Below are positions 29,869-38,059 of a stretch of 64,000 nucleotides of DNA, piece by piece. Location of the stretch: the NCBI GenBank assembly GCA_038244925.1, contig JBBRSX010000010.1, forward strand, positions 4,337 through 68,336, written 5' to 3'. This DNA comes from Hyphomicrobiales bacterium (lineage in GTDB: Bacteria > Pseudomonadota > Alphaproteobacteria > Rhizobiales > Xanthobacteraceae). The notes below the pieces were generated by a model. The model did not search any database and had not been told where the DNA came from. It worked only from the letters and a program-made list of their open reading frames with translations. The position numbers and the translations under genes were made by a program. Position 1 is the first letter of the stretch. Every line of letters begins with the position of its first letter.

Positions 29869-31542
29869 TTAGCGCACGCGTTGAACGCCCGGTGCTATGT
29901 CTATCATGCCTAGATCCACAAGTGTGCGGTGGAATCGACGTTTCCGTTCTGAGGGCGACGCAAAGTAGGCTTCCCTGCAATGTCCAAGCAAGCTGGCGCG
30001 GGTGGCAAATATCGGATCAAGCGGCAGACCTGCTTGCTGTAAAGCGACAGTCCCAAGAAAAGCGATATCCAGGTCGGCAGCCGGCCCGGAAACAACGCGA
30101 TCAGGGAAGATATTCAATGCTTCCATTGCATAGAATGTGCGGAACGCGCGCCGCGAATCGTTGGGGAGTTTAAGTTGCCGCTCGATTTGCCTCGTCATGA
30201 CGGGTTGATGATCTCCGTAATGCACAATGAGCATTGGACGCTCGGGAAAATTGGCTACCAACTCGGACTTGAGCCGTTTCCACGTTGAGGCTGTTTCCGC
30301 AAGTCGTGCGTAGTATTCGGCATATCGAGCATCAGGCAGGCTTGCCGCGGCAAAAGCACGCTCCATCTCAAACTTTCCGAGCGGCACAAGCCTCCGATTA
30401 TGCGGACCGTGATTGAAGTTAGTCAGCACATATAGAAAACGAGGTGTTGGGTCGTCAGTAATCCTCTTGGTATGGGCGGCGATCACCGCTTCTAGAAACA
30501 CCGCATCTGAATTCGTAGCCTCGAAACGATGGATATCGAACGGTGGAGAAAAGTCGTCCGTGAAAATGCGTTCGTTGATACCGATCGAACTGTAAAATTC
30601 ATCATAATTGAGAAAGCTGCGACGACAGCTCGATGTGAGTGTCGTCCTATAACCAAGCGACGCTAGCGAATGCGGAAGGCTGCTGTGGAATCGGCCCGCG
30701 CCTCGCTTGAAAAGGTAGTAGGCACTTGAACCAAAGCTTGCACTTGAAAGACCGGTTAGTAGGCTGAATTCAGATTGCCACGAACCTCCGCCAAAAATGT
30801 CGACGTTAAGGCTTCCATAGAGACCATTTGCCGGGGACAGGAATTGTTCGACGATTGGCTCAACCGGCAGCCCAAAAATGCGTGGGTCGAAGATCGATTC
30901 GTGCTGGATGACGATAATGTCGGGATAATCGGTGGAGCGCGCTGGCACAGCCGCCATCAGCGGCAACGGTTCATTTGCGATATCGCTCAGAGCCAACCCG
31001 CCGAACTGCCGCCAGGAGAAGGGGTCGATGAGCGAGGCCATGAAGGTCGAGTAAAAGCACCGCCGCTGAGACATGGTCTGCTGGAAAGAAGCGGCGCCGC
31101 TGTCCATCCTGGAAGCCGTTGCAAAGCCAATAAGTGCAAGGCTGAATAAGAGAACTCGAAGTTCTAGAGAAATGGGAGACCCGGTGGCATAGAATAGAGT
31201 CGCGGTTGAAGCGAAAACGAGTGAGACGCATCCAGCCAAAACAGCTAAAACCGCGCGCGGGTATTGCACGACAAAAAATGGAACCGTGCCTGCGAACGCC
31301 AGGGGAAAATCGGGCGCAACCAGTTTGAGTGAGCTGTGATTGTGTTTTACGATTGACGCCCCGGTGATTGTTGCTGCCAGTATGCCAGACAGCAGAAGCG
31401 ATCTTTCGAAATCGCCAACGACGAGTAGCAGCACGGTCACGTTAAAGGAGGCCGCTGCGATCGCGAATAGGAGGTGCTCGACGCTCCGTTCTGCCAGCGC
31501 AATGACACCGATAGCTGCGAAAAATGCCAGAACCAGGGTCAT
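29869..31542 (-). CDS. Membrane-anchored sulfatase-like / LTA-synthase family protein
   Basis: N-terminal TM helices; IQHESIFD, GGGSWQSEF, HGPH, HYGDHQP. Confidence 0.82.
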   Translation of the reverse strand: MTLVLAFFAAIGVIALAERSVEHLLFAIAAASFNVTVLLLVVGDFERSLLLSGILAATITGASIVKHNHSSLKLVAPDFPLAFAGTVPFFVVQYPRAVLAVLAGCVSLVFASTATLFYATGSPISLELRVLLFSLALIGFATASRMDSGAASFQQTMSQRRCFYSTFMASLIDPFSWRQFGGLALSDIANEPLPLMAAVPARSTDYPDIIVIQHESIFDPRIFGLPVEPIVEQFLSPANGLYGSLNVDIFGGGSWQSEFSLLTGLSSASFGSSAYYLFKRGAGRFHSSLPHSLASLGYRTTLTSSCRRSFLNYDEFYSSIGINERIFTDDFSPPFDIHRFEATNSDAVFLEAVIAAHTKRITDDPTPRFLYVLTNFNHGPHNRRLVPLGKFEMERAFAAASLPDARYAEYYARLAETASTWKRLKSELVANFPERPMLIVHYGDHQPVMTRQIERQLKLPNDSRRAFRTFYAMEALNIFPDRVVSGPAADLDIAFLGTVALQQAGLPLDPIFATRASLLGHCREAYFASPSERKRRFHRTLVDLGMIDIAPGVQRVR

Positions 31543-31782
31543 GTGATTAATAGGTGTTGCAGTAGGAATGCATGGATTCCACAACTGCTACATCATTGAG
31601 ACGGGCAAAGACAGCGGACGATTCTGCCTGAAGACATGCAGTTGGGTGCGTCAGCAGAGCGTGCACTGGATGGACGTGATTGTGGCACGCATTCTGCGGC
31701 AGTGTTTCGATTCTTTTGGTCGCCGGCCAGGTGGAGCCGACGCTCAACGAAGAGAGCTTTGGCCAGCTAGCCTCCCACCTGT

Positions 31783-32067
31783 TCAAGACTCGATTTTGAC
31801 GCCCTTCCAGAACGCGACCTTGCCGGCGATGTTCTTTGCCGCATTCTTTGGATCAGCATAAAACCAAGCCGAATCCTGGTTCTGCTCACCATCGACGGCC
31901 AGGCTGTAATACCCCGCTGTGCCTTTCCATGGGCAAATCGTCTTGTGGGCACTCGCGACCAAAAAGTCTTGTCGAACATCATCCAGCGGGAAGTAGTGGT
32001 TGCCCTCCACTACCTCAGTGCGGGTGGATTCGGCGATGATCTTTCCATTCCAGACGGCTTTGACCAC
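31783..32067 (-). CDS. DUF427 family protein
   Basis: AVWNGKIIAES, VEGNHYFP, CPWKGTA, AWFY, VAFWKGV; GTG start with AAGGA RBS. Confidence 0.9.
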   Translation of the reverse strand: MVKAVWNGKIIAESTRTEVVEGNHYFPLDDVRQDFLVASAHKTICPWKGTAGYYSLAVDGEQNQDSAWFYADPKNAAKNIAGKVAFWKGVKIES

Positions 32068-32464
32068 AGGTAAATCCTTGGTTTGTTGTATGATTATGTT
32101 TCGGCATTGGGGCTGGTGCTCGATAGGCACCCGGGTCCTGTTCGTATGAATCAACAGCTTAGAGGGTTCAACGCCGCGCCTATAAGGGTCATATTTCGAT
32201 CAGCATTCGCAATCACGGCACGTTCCTGGAAAGCGCCGACTGCAGGTTCCGATTGACGTCAAGACTATCTAGCGCCCAGCCTCGATCGTTTAACGAGAGC
32301 CAAGAGGTTTTAGATCACCGGGTGTGTCCGACGTCGCAACTAACCAGCCGGATCAGGCCCATCTATTGTCGCGACAAGGCTTAGCCTGCCTTTGCGCGCA
32401 ATTTTTTGCGAGTGACGGCTATTAATATTATGATGCAATTGGCCAGTTTGATAACTGAAAGCGG

Positions 32465-32680
32465 ATGTCGCGAATGACTTATGAAGAACTAGTGGAGCAG
32501 GCGATTGCCGCCAATGATGTGGAGACGCTTGTCAAATTTATCTATGGCTACCCCTGCAAATGCACGAGAATAAAGGGCGAGCCAACGTGCGTTTGTAAGA
32601 TGAAAGAAAAGGCAGCACGCGCAAAAATCGTTCCATTGGCGCTGTTTAGTGGTGAAATTAAAAGGGTAGAAGCGCGCTAA
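32465..32680 (+). CDS. Small Cys-rich hypothetical protein
   Basis: 71 aa with CKC...CVC; AT-rich promoter-like region upstream. Confidence 0.5.
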   Translation: MSRMTYEELVEQAIAANDVETLVKFIYGYPCKCTRIKGEPTCVCKMKEKAARAKIVPLALFSGEIKRVEAR

Positions 32681-32681
32681 A

Positions 32682-32703
32682 CTACGGGTGCAACAGGGGT
32701 TCA
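32682..32703 (-). repeat. tRNA-Arg 5' end/leader scar
   Basis: CTACGGGTGCAACAGGGGTTCA, 22/22 identical to 62226-62247. Confidence 0.8.
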
Positions 32704-32895
32704 GCGCAATCCTGACTACCCGCGCATCGTTCAGGAGTTGTTCTAGATTTTCGATGTGTTTACATAGTCAGACGGGGTGCTACCTCTTGGCCCCTACCCC
32801 GACGCAGAAACTAAGGCTTCCGATTCTTGTAGGCTCTCCTACGGTATCAGACGCGTCCTGCGGCTGGAGAGCAAATATGCCTGTAAGGAAAAACA

Positions 32896-33105
32896 ATGTC
32901 AGTTGATAAGGCCAAAGACACTTCGGCTAAAAAACCGGTCACCGAGAATAAGGTTGCCGAAGCCAAGCCTGAATCCTCAACCAAGACTGAAAACAAGCCG
33001 GACGCCAAACCAAAAAAGCAAGGTATGGGCGAGGGTCAGAAGCCAGTATCTAAAGCTTACAAGGACAACTGGAACGACATTTTTGGTAAGAAGAAAAAGC
33101 GATAG
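32896..33105 (+). CDS. Small Lys-rich hypothetical protein
   Basis: AAGGA RBS; ends GEGQKPVSKAYKDNWNDIFGKKKKR. Confidence 0.65.
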   Translation: MSVDKAKDTSAKKPVTENKVAEAKPESSTKTENKPDAKPKKQGMGEGQKPVSKAYKDNWNDIFGKKKKR

Positions 33106-33119
33106 TCCGGTTTCAATCC

Positions 33120-33896
33120 TTAGCTGCCTAGATCATCAGGATCATGGGCCCTTTCGAAACCAGCCATCGTTTCTGTGAGTTCATCGAGGGCTGAGCCGAT
33201 CTCCGCGGGGCGGCCGGCAAATTCCCGCTTGAGGACCTCTCGCCGCCTTTCTATCGCCCGATCGATCGGTGATCCAAAGAACGCTGCAGACGCCACCTCC
33301 TTCGAAAGCCGTGTGTATTCCGCCCAGATCAAATTTAGCATCAGCGGCGGTTCTTCGCGCTCCACCAGCATCTGGTTACAGCGCTCATTGGCGCCCTCCA
33401 TGGCCCACCATCGTTGCGCTAGAACCGTGACCTTCCTGAAGTTGCTTAGCGTTCCAGAGAATTTCTCTCGATCTGCTCCGACGAGAACAGCACAGTGGTT
33501 TAGCCAATTGAACCCAGCAACGATGGCAATCGCTAGGTCGCTCATGGAAGAGCCTGTGAACTCAATCACCGTGTCTTCATGCGGCCGCTGACGAAGATAG
33601 GCATCGAGTATTTCAGGCTGACGAGCGGGCTCCGCCAGGACTTTAAACTCGCCCCTTGGCACCATCGTCCCATAGCGAATTGCTTCTAGGCGCGTATCGT
33701 TCCAGATAGATTGGATATCGCCTTGGGCATCCGACGGGTTTCTGTTGCAGGCCGGATAAATCAGCTTGCCTTGATCAACGTCATCGAGATATTGCCGGAC
33801 GCGCTTGTCTAGATCGCGAAGAAGAGCTTGTGGGCCGAAGATAGCCTCTCTGTCCGCCGATGTATCCTTTGAGCGCCGCCAGCCGAACAAGTGCAT
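33120..33896 (-). CDS. Hypothetical protein
   Basis: 258-aa uninterrupted ORF with protein-like composition. Confidence 0.7.
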   Translation of the reverse strand: MHLFGWRRSKDTSADREAIFGPQALLRDLDKRVRQYLDDVDQGKLIYPACNRNPSDAQGDIQSIWNDTRLEAIRYGTMVPRGEFKVLAEPARQPEILDAYLRQRPHEDTVIEFTGSSMSDLAIAIVAGFNWLNHCAVLVGADREKFSGTLSNFRKVTVLAQRWWAMEGANERCNQMLVEREEPPLMLNLIWAEYTRLSKEVASAAFFGSPIDRAIERRREVLKREFAGRPAEIGSALDELTETMAGFERAHDPDDLGS

Positions 33897-33990
33897 TCAG
33901 ATCTCACGGGCCAACGCGCGCCGCGTCGCCATTCCATTTTGAACAGATTATCCCGCAAGAATAGATCGGCCGACGTGTTGCCTGCAATAC

Positions 33991-34085
33991 TTCGAATCGT
34001 GTCGGGTGCGCCAGGAACGCGCGTGCCGGACGCGTCGGGAGTGTGGCGCGGCTCAAATCGCTGCTTCGCAGCGAATTTGCCGCTT
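33991..34085 (+). repeat. Inverted tRNA-Arg 3' end (23/23 incl. CCA) plus diverged arm B
   Basis: TTCGAATCGTGTCGGGTGCGCCA then GGAACGCGCGTGCCGGACGCGTCGGGAGTGTGGCGCGGCTCAAATCGCTGC. Confidence 0.85.
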
Positions 34086-34267
34086 AGGCCGCGAAAACGG
34101 ACTCCTGCTGCCGGGTGAAAGCAGCATTTGGGCTATCTCTGCGGCAGGCAATGCGGGGCCAAATAGATAAGTGAAGCAGCCGTCGCCTCCTCGGGCTGGG
34201 CTCTCTCACAGTGCAGGAACTTGTTTAACGCCTGTGGCTTTATCGAGCAGGCTAAGCATTGGACGCG

Positions 34268-34501
34268 TCATCGATCTTCGGGAATTTTTGCTCTGAGAGC
34301 CGCTGCGCCCGCCGGAGTGATGAGATATTTGATTTCCACGGTATCCAAATGTTTTTCAATCCAGCCCTTTGCCACCATTCCCGCAACAGTTTGCTGTCCT
34401 GCAGGATATAGTTTCTCGAAGGGGAGGGCACCGGCGATACTTAGTCTCTGTAAGGCGCTGCGCTCAATGTTATGTGGAAGGTGTCTAGGACGTGGTGGCA
34501 T
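34268..34501 (-). CDS. Small hypothetical protein, wHTH-like
   Basis: MVAKGWIE...YLITPAGAAAL resembles a winged-helix wing/terminal helix. Confidence 0.55.
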   Translation of the reverse strand: MPPRPRHLPHNIERSALQRLSIAGALPFEKLYPAGQQTVAGMVAKGWIEKHLDTVEIKYLITPAGAAALRAKIPEDR

Positions 34502-34548
34502 TATTTTTGTTCGCCGTAAGCGCCGATTTCAATCAGCAAGCCAATGGC

Positions 34549-34776
34549 TCATTTGATCGCAGGCCGCTCTTCTAAAAAGTCTTGTGAAATTTTGTAGGCC
34601 TTACATTTCATCCGGGCCCACTTTATTGCCTCAGCGTGGTCAGGCAATCGAACAACCATTTCCCGGCCGCGGAGGACAACGATTACGTCGCATTGTGGAT
34701 AATCACGATATTGCCGGATACTCACCTCGCCGCCGCTCGTTGCGCTTGCCATCGGTCGGGCCCTTGTTTCGACCAT
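34549..34776 (-). CDS. Small hypothetical protein
   Basis: 75-aa ORF co-oriented with its neighbours. Confidence 0.5.
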   Translation of the reverse strand: MVETRARPMASATSGGEVSIRQYRDYPQCDVIVVLRGREMVVRLPDHAEAIKWARMKCKAYKISQDFLEERPAIK

Positions 34777-34965
34777 GCAAGGTTAAGAGATTCGTCTGCC
34801 GGAGGGAAGCCGCGCTACAGCTAGGCACTTCCGGTGGAGTTAAGGCAGCTGCCGGACGGTCTGCTAGGAAATCTTTGCTAGACCAGCATTCACGACGCCC
34901 TCGCCAAGCCCAAGCGGGTTGGTTACCGAATTCTGATCTTTGATCAACTCTGGTTTCGGTCCGTA

Positions 34966-35205
34966 TTATTCGAATATTACGCCGATCTTGCTGCGCGTCA
35001 TCCATACAACCCTGCAATTTCGAATCACACGATCTTTCTCGGTCATGAGCTGAAATCGTGTGGGTAGGTGCGACGGATCCGGGACCTCGAGCGCAGCGCC
35101 ATCTCCAGAAATGTTGTTGACGAGACAGCGAGTGCTCGATCCAGACGACGATATGTATCCGGTCTCATCAACGACCGTCCGTAGTGAACTTCTTCGCTCT
35201 TCCAT
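34966..35205 (-). CDS. Stand-alone PilZ domain protein
   Basis: ERRSSLR (RxxxR), NISGDGAAL, CRVVW...IGVIF. Confidence 0.85.
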   Translation of the reverse strand: MEERRSSLRTVVDETGYISSSGSSTRCLVNNISGDGAALEVPDPSHLPTRFQLMTEKDRVIRNCRVVWMTRSKIGVIFE

Positions 35206-35461
35206 TTTGATCTGGGCTCCCGAAAAAGATGCGCCCTTTTCGCCAAACGACGTTGCACGAATACAGCCTCTGAGTGAGAAACAGTATCAGTGTGAACCGA
35301 TCAGCGACGTCTCTCTGTGGTCCGACGTCCAGAGCCGCGCCGGTTTCCGATAGATTGCGAAGGACACAACTAACTGAAGTATCGCCGAACCTGATTACGC
35401 CCATGTCCAATACCGCTTTGCGTTCGGTCTTTCGCGTTTTTGCTCTCTCGCTAGTCGACAT
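35168..35461 (-). CDS. PilZ domain protein, C-terminus possibly disrupted
   Basis: RKTERK, NLSETGAAL, CNVVWRK; lacks the terminal IGV.F strand. Confidence 0.65.
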   Translation of the reverse strand: MSTSERAKTRKTERKAVLDMGVIRFGDTSVSCVLRNLSETGAALDVGPQRDVADRFTLILFLTQRLYSCNVVWRKGRIFFGSPDQNGRAKKFTTDGR

Positions 35462-35604
35462 CAGACACCGCAGTGTGTTGGGCAACCCAATTTGTCTCTG
35501 AGTAATGAAGCACGAGTGAAGCAAATGCGCAGCGAATCTCTCGATACTCCTCCGCTCGAAGTTTTACGGGTTAACCCTAATATGCTGTTCCTTTTGCAAC
35601 GCGG

Positions 35605-35619
35605 TTAAGGAGCTATTAA
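35605..35619. promoter_or_regulatory. Perfect CtrA box
   Basis: TTAA-GGAGCTA-TTAA(C) in the divergent PilZ/FeeM promoter region. Confidence 0.7.
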
Positions 35620-35661
35620 CACTTGAATTCGCTTTGAAATTGTTGGCGTTGGAGGCGTGCG

Positions 35662-36438
35662 ATGAAATCTGCGGTCAAAGCAAATCCGCTTGTCAGCATA
35701 CTTAAGAATCAGCCTACTCAGCACGTTGACTACCGCCTAGCCGAAACAAAGAGGGAGAGGGAGGAGATTTACGGCTTGCGTTATCGCGCTTATCTCCACG
35801 AGGGAGCGGTGAAAGAGTCTCCCGAGCAGCGCGTCACGGATCAGTATGACGAGTTGCCTAACTCCTGGACATTCGGCGTTTATTTTCACGGAGATCTCTA
35901 TAGCTCGGTCCGGATCAGCGTGCTGACTCCAGAGTGGAGGCAGTCCTGTTCAGCGGAAGCTTTCGGCGAAATTCTCAACCCGCTGCTCGACCAAGGCCGT
36001 GTTATCATTGATCCGACGCGCTTCGTCGCCGATCCCGAAAGGGTCAAGCGGTTCCCCGAACTGCCCTATTTGACCCTGCGGCTGGCTTACTTGGCGTGCG
36101 AATATTTCGACGCTGATCTTGGACTGGCGATTGTGCGTGCCGAGCATCAGTCGTTTTATCGCCGTGTGTTTATGCACGACACTATCGCCGAACCGCGGTT
36201 GTTCCCAGGCTTGCTAAAGCCGGTAGGGTTGATGGCGGCGGATTTTCCATCGTTGAAGGAAAAGGTGTTCGAGCGTTATCCAATAATGCGCTCGACCGCT
36301 TTCGAGCGACGGATGCTGTTCGAGCGTAAAGGTGGGGAGCAATGCTCGCTGGCGCCGAATCTGATGGCGCTCCAGTGCGCCGGCCCAGCAAGTGACGGCG
36401 AACTCGGCGTCATGAGTCATCTTAAAGTTGCTGAGTAG
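35662..36438 (+). CDS. N-acyl amino acid synthase (FeeM-like) GNAT protein
   Basis: YRLAET..EREEIYGLRYRAY, DQYDELPNS, DPTRFVAD, HQSFYRRVF; GGAGG RBS. Confidence 0.8.
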   Translation: MKSAVKANPLVSILKNQPTQHVDYRLAETKREREEIYGLRYRAYLHEGAVKESPEQRVTDQYDELPNSWTFGVYFHGDLYSSVRISVLTPEWRQSCSAEAFGEILNPLLDQGRVIIDPTRFVADPERVKRFPELPYLTLRLAYLACEYFDADLGLAIVRAEHQSFYRRVFMHDTIAEPRLFPGLLKPVGLMAADFPSLKEKVFERYPIMRSTAFERRMLFERKGGEQCSLAPNLMALQCAGPASDGELGVMSHLKVAE

Positions 36439-36835
36439 GAGCGCAGTCAAAACGAGTTTCACGGCCCGGACCTGCGCTTTCGGGTTCAGGCGCCGAGGGC
36501 GCCGGTGCGCCCCAACCTGAACGACCCGTGCGGCGGTGCGGTCCCACTGTTTGAGGGAGCGGGTCGCCGACCGCGCGCTGATTAGGACCGGCTCGCCGCC
36601 GCGCAGAAGATCGCGCGCCCGGAACGACGTGTCCCGCCGCTCTCGCAGGTAAGCAACCATTCAAAATTTGGACGGACTTAAAGCAAAAGCCGCCGCTGGT
36701 GGGGCCAGCAACGGCTCTATGCGTGAATTGTCGTGGTGTGAGTTACAAAGCCCGCGACGGCGCAGCGTATCAAGAGCCGATTAAGAAAGACTTTCGTTCG
36801 CAGGCTGCGCGCTAGAACGCGATTGCAGGGCGAAC

Positions 36836-37087
36836 TTAGCCGAGAAGCCGGAACTTGAGACTGGCCAAGCTATCCCCAACTTCTTCCAGGGAGCGTGCTC
36901 GGAAACGGAGCCGGTCGGCCATCATGCCCAGGCAGCGGCGCAACTCTGCATCGGCTTCTTTGATGTGGTTTCGAACTTCCTGGCGCTCAAATCGTGTGGT
37001 CGAGCGATCTGCGATCCGCCGCCAAGCTAGCGATTGCCATTCCTTTAGCTCAGTTATCTTGCTGCTTAAAGGATCAGGCTCAGCCAT
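36836..37087 (-). CDS. Small helical hypothetical protein
   Basis: 83-aa ORF; near-CtrA site CTAA-N7-TTAA at 37136-37150 upstream. Confidence 0.6.
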   Translation of the reverse strand: MAEPDPLSSKITELKEWQSLAWRRIADRSTTRFERQEVRNHIKEADAELRRCLGMMADRLRFRARSLEEVGDSLASLKFRLLG

Positions 37088-37199
37088 GGTGCCGCCCCAT
37101 ATAAATAGTTGGGGTCCAAGCAGTAGCGCTGATTCCTAAATATTCTTTAACGGATGTGCAGGACCTGGCTGAGAGCTCGTCGTCAGCGACGAGTAGACG

Positions 37200-37279
37200 T
37201 TGGCCGGCCTTCGGCAACGGCCTCCTCAGGCAAAGTTCACACGTTGAAAGCGCGTGCCGAGGGCGCCGGGACTGTGGCG
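37200..37279 (+). repeat. Internally deleted copy of the 29.5-29.66 kb junction (promoter remnant, tRNA 3' piece, arm B)
   Basis: GGCAACGGCCT...TCAGGCAAAGTTCACACGTT/GAAAGCGCGTGCCGAGGGCGCCGGGACTGTGGCG. Confidence 0.8.
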
Positions 37280-38059
37280 TGTCCCTAAGAAAGCCGATCA
37301 TCGAATCGAGTTCAATGATACGCGCATCTAGTTGCGAATTACCATCGAAACCAGAGCAGCAGCGAATTCAGAGCTATTTCGCCTAAAGCTGAATTGCTGA
37401 CGACCAGAGCTGGACGAGTGCAGCCAATTGAACAGAATTAGGCAACCTGGCGCGACGACCTTGTAGCAAGTTGACCACGGCCAGCGTTCAAATGCCGAAT
37501 GCTCAGCTCTCATTTACATTGGTTTGCGTTTTCGTCTTTGCGACATCGGAGACCTGGGCCCAAATTGCGGAACAAGGGTTTGGTGTCTGTCGAATAGATA
37601 TTTCGCAGATTAATTGAGTTTTCGTAATCCTTATTGCTGCGCAAATTGCATGGCTCCAATGGTTCGATTGAGCCGTTCATGTTCGAAAACGCAAATTGAC
37701 TCAAGGGTGTGATATTAGGCTGACAGAAACGTCTCATGCAGGTTTGTGTCGCTTACGCTAGCTTGCTGCAGAAACCTGTAATCGACGGTCACCTCGCCAG
37801 TTCAAGATTGGCAAACATGATCGAGACAGTAGATGGCAAGGACAATCTCAAGTAAATTGAAATAACTGAGTCGTTCTTAGCGGCGAGATCGAGCGATCTG
37901 GCTGAGGAAGATCGAGCGCTGCTTCAAGCTAATCTTGCTGCGAACTATCTTGAAGTTCGCCAGGATGAGGCTGCGATCAATACGTGTAATCACCTTCTAG
38001 TTCATGGCGAAGCCCAATCGAGACTATATGGCGCCGGCGATCGCCGAACTGTTGATTGG

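Noticed and set aside
36484-36512. TTCAGGCGCCGAGGGCGCCGGTGCGCCCC resembling scrambled arm B
   Set aside because: Only a 14-bp GC-rich exact match with pieces out of order; could be chance, so it was not counted as a scar.
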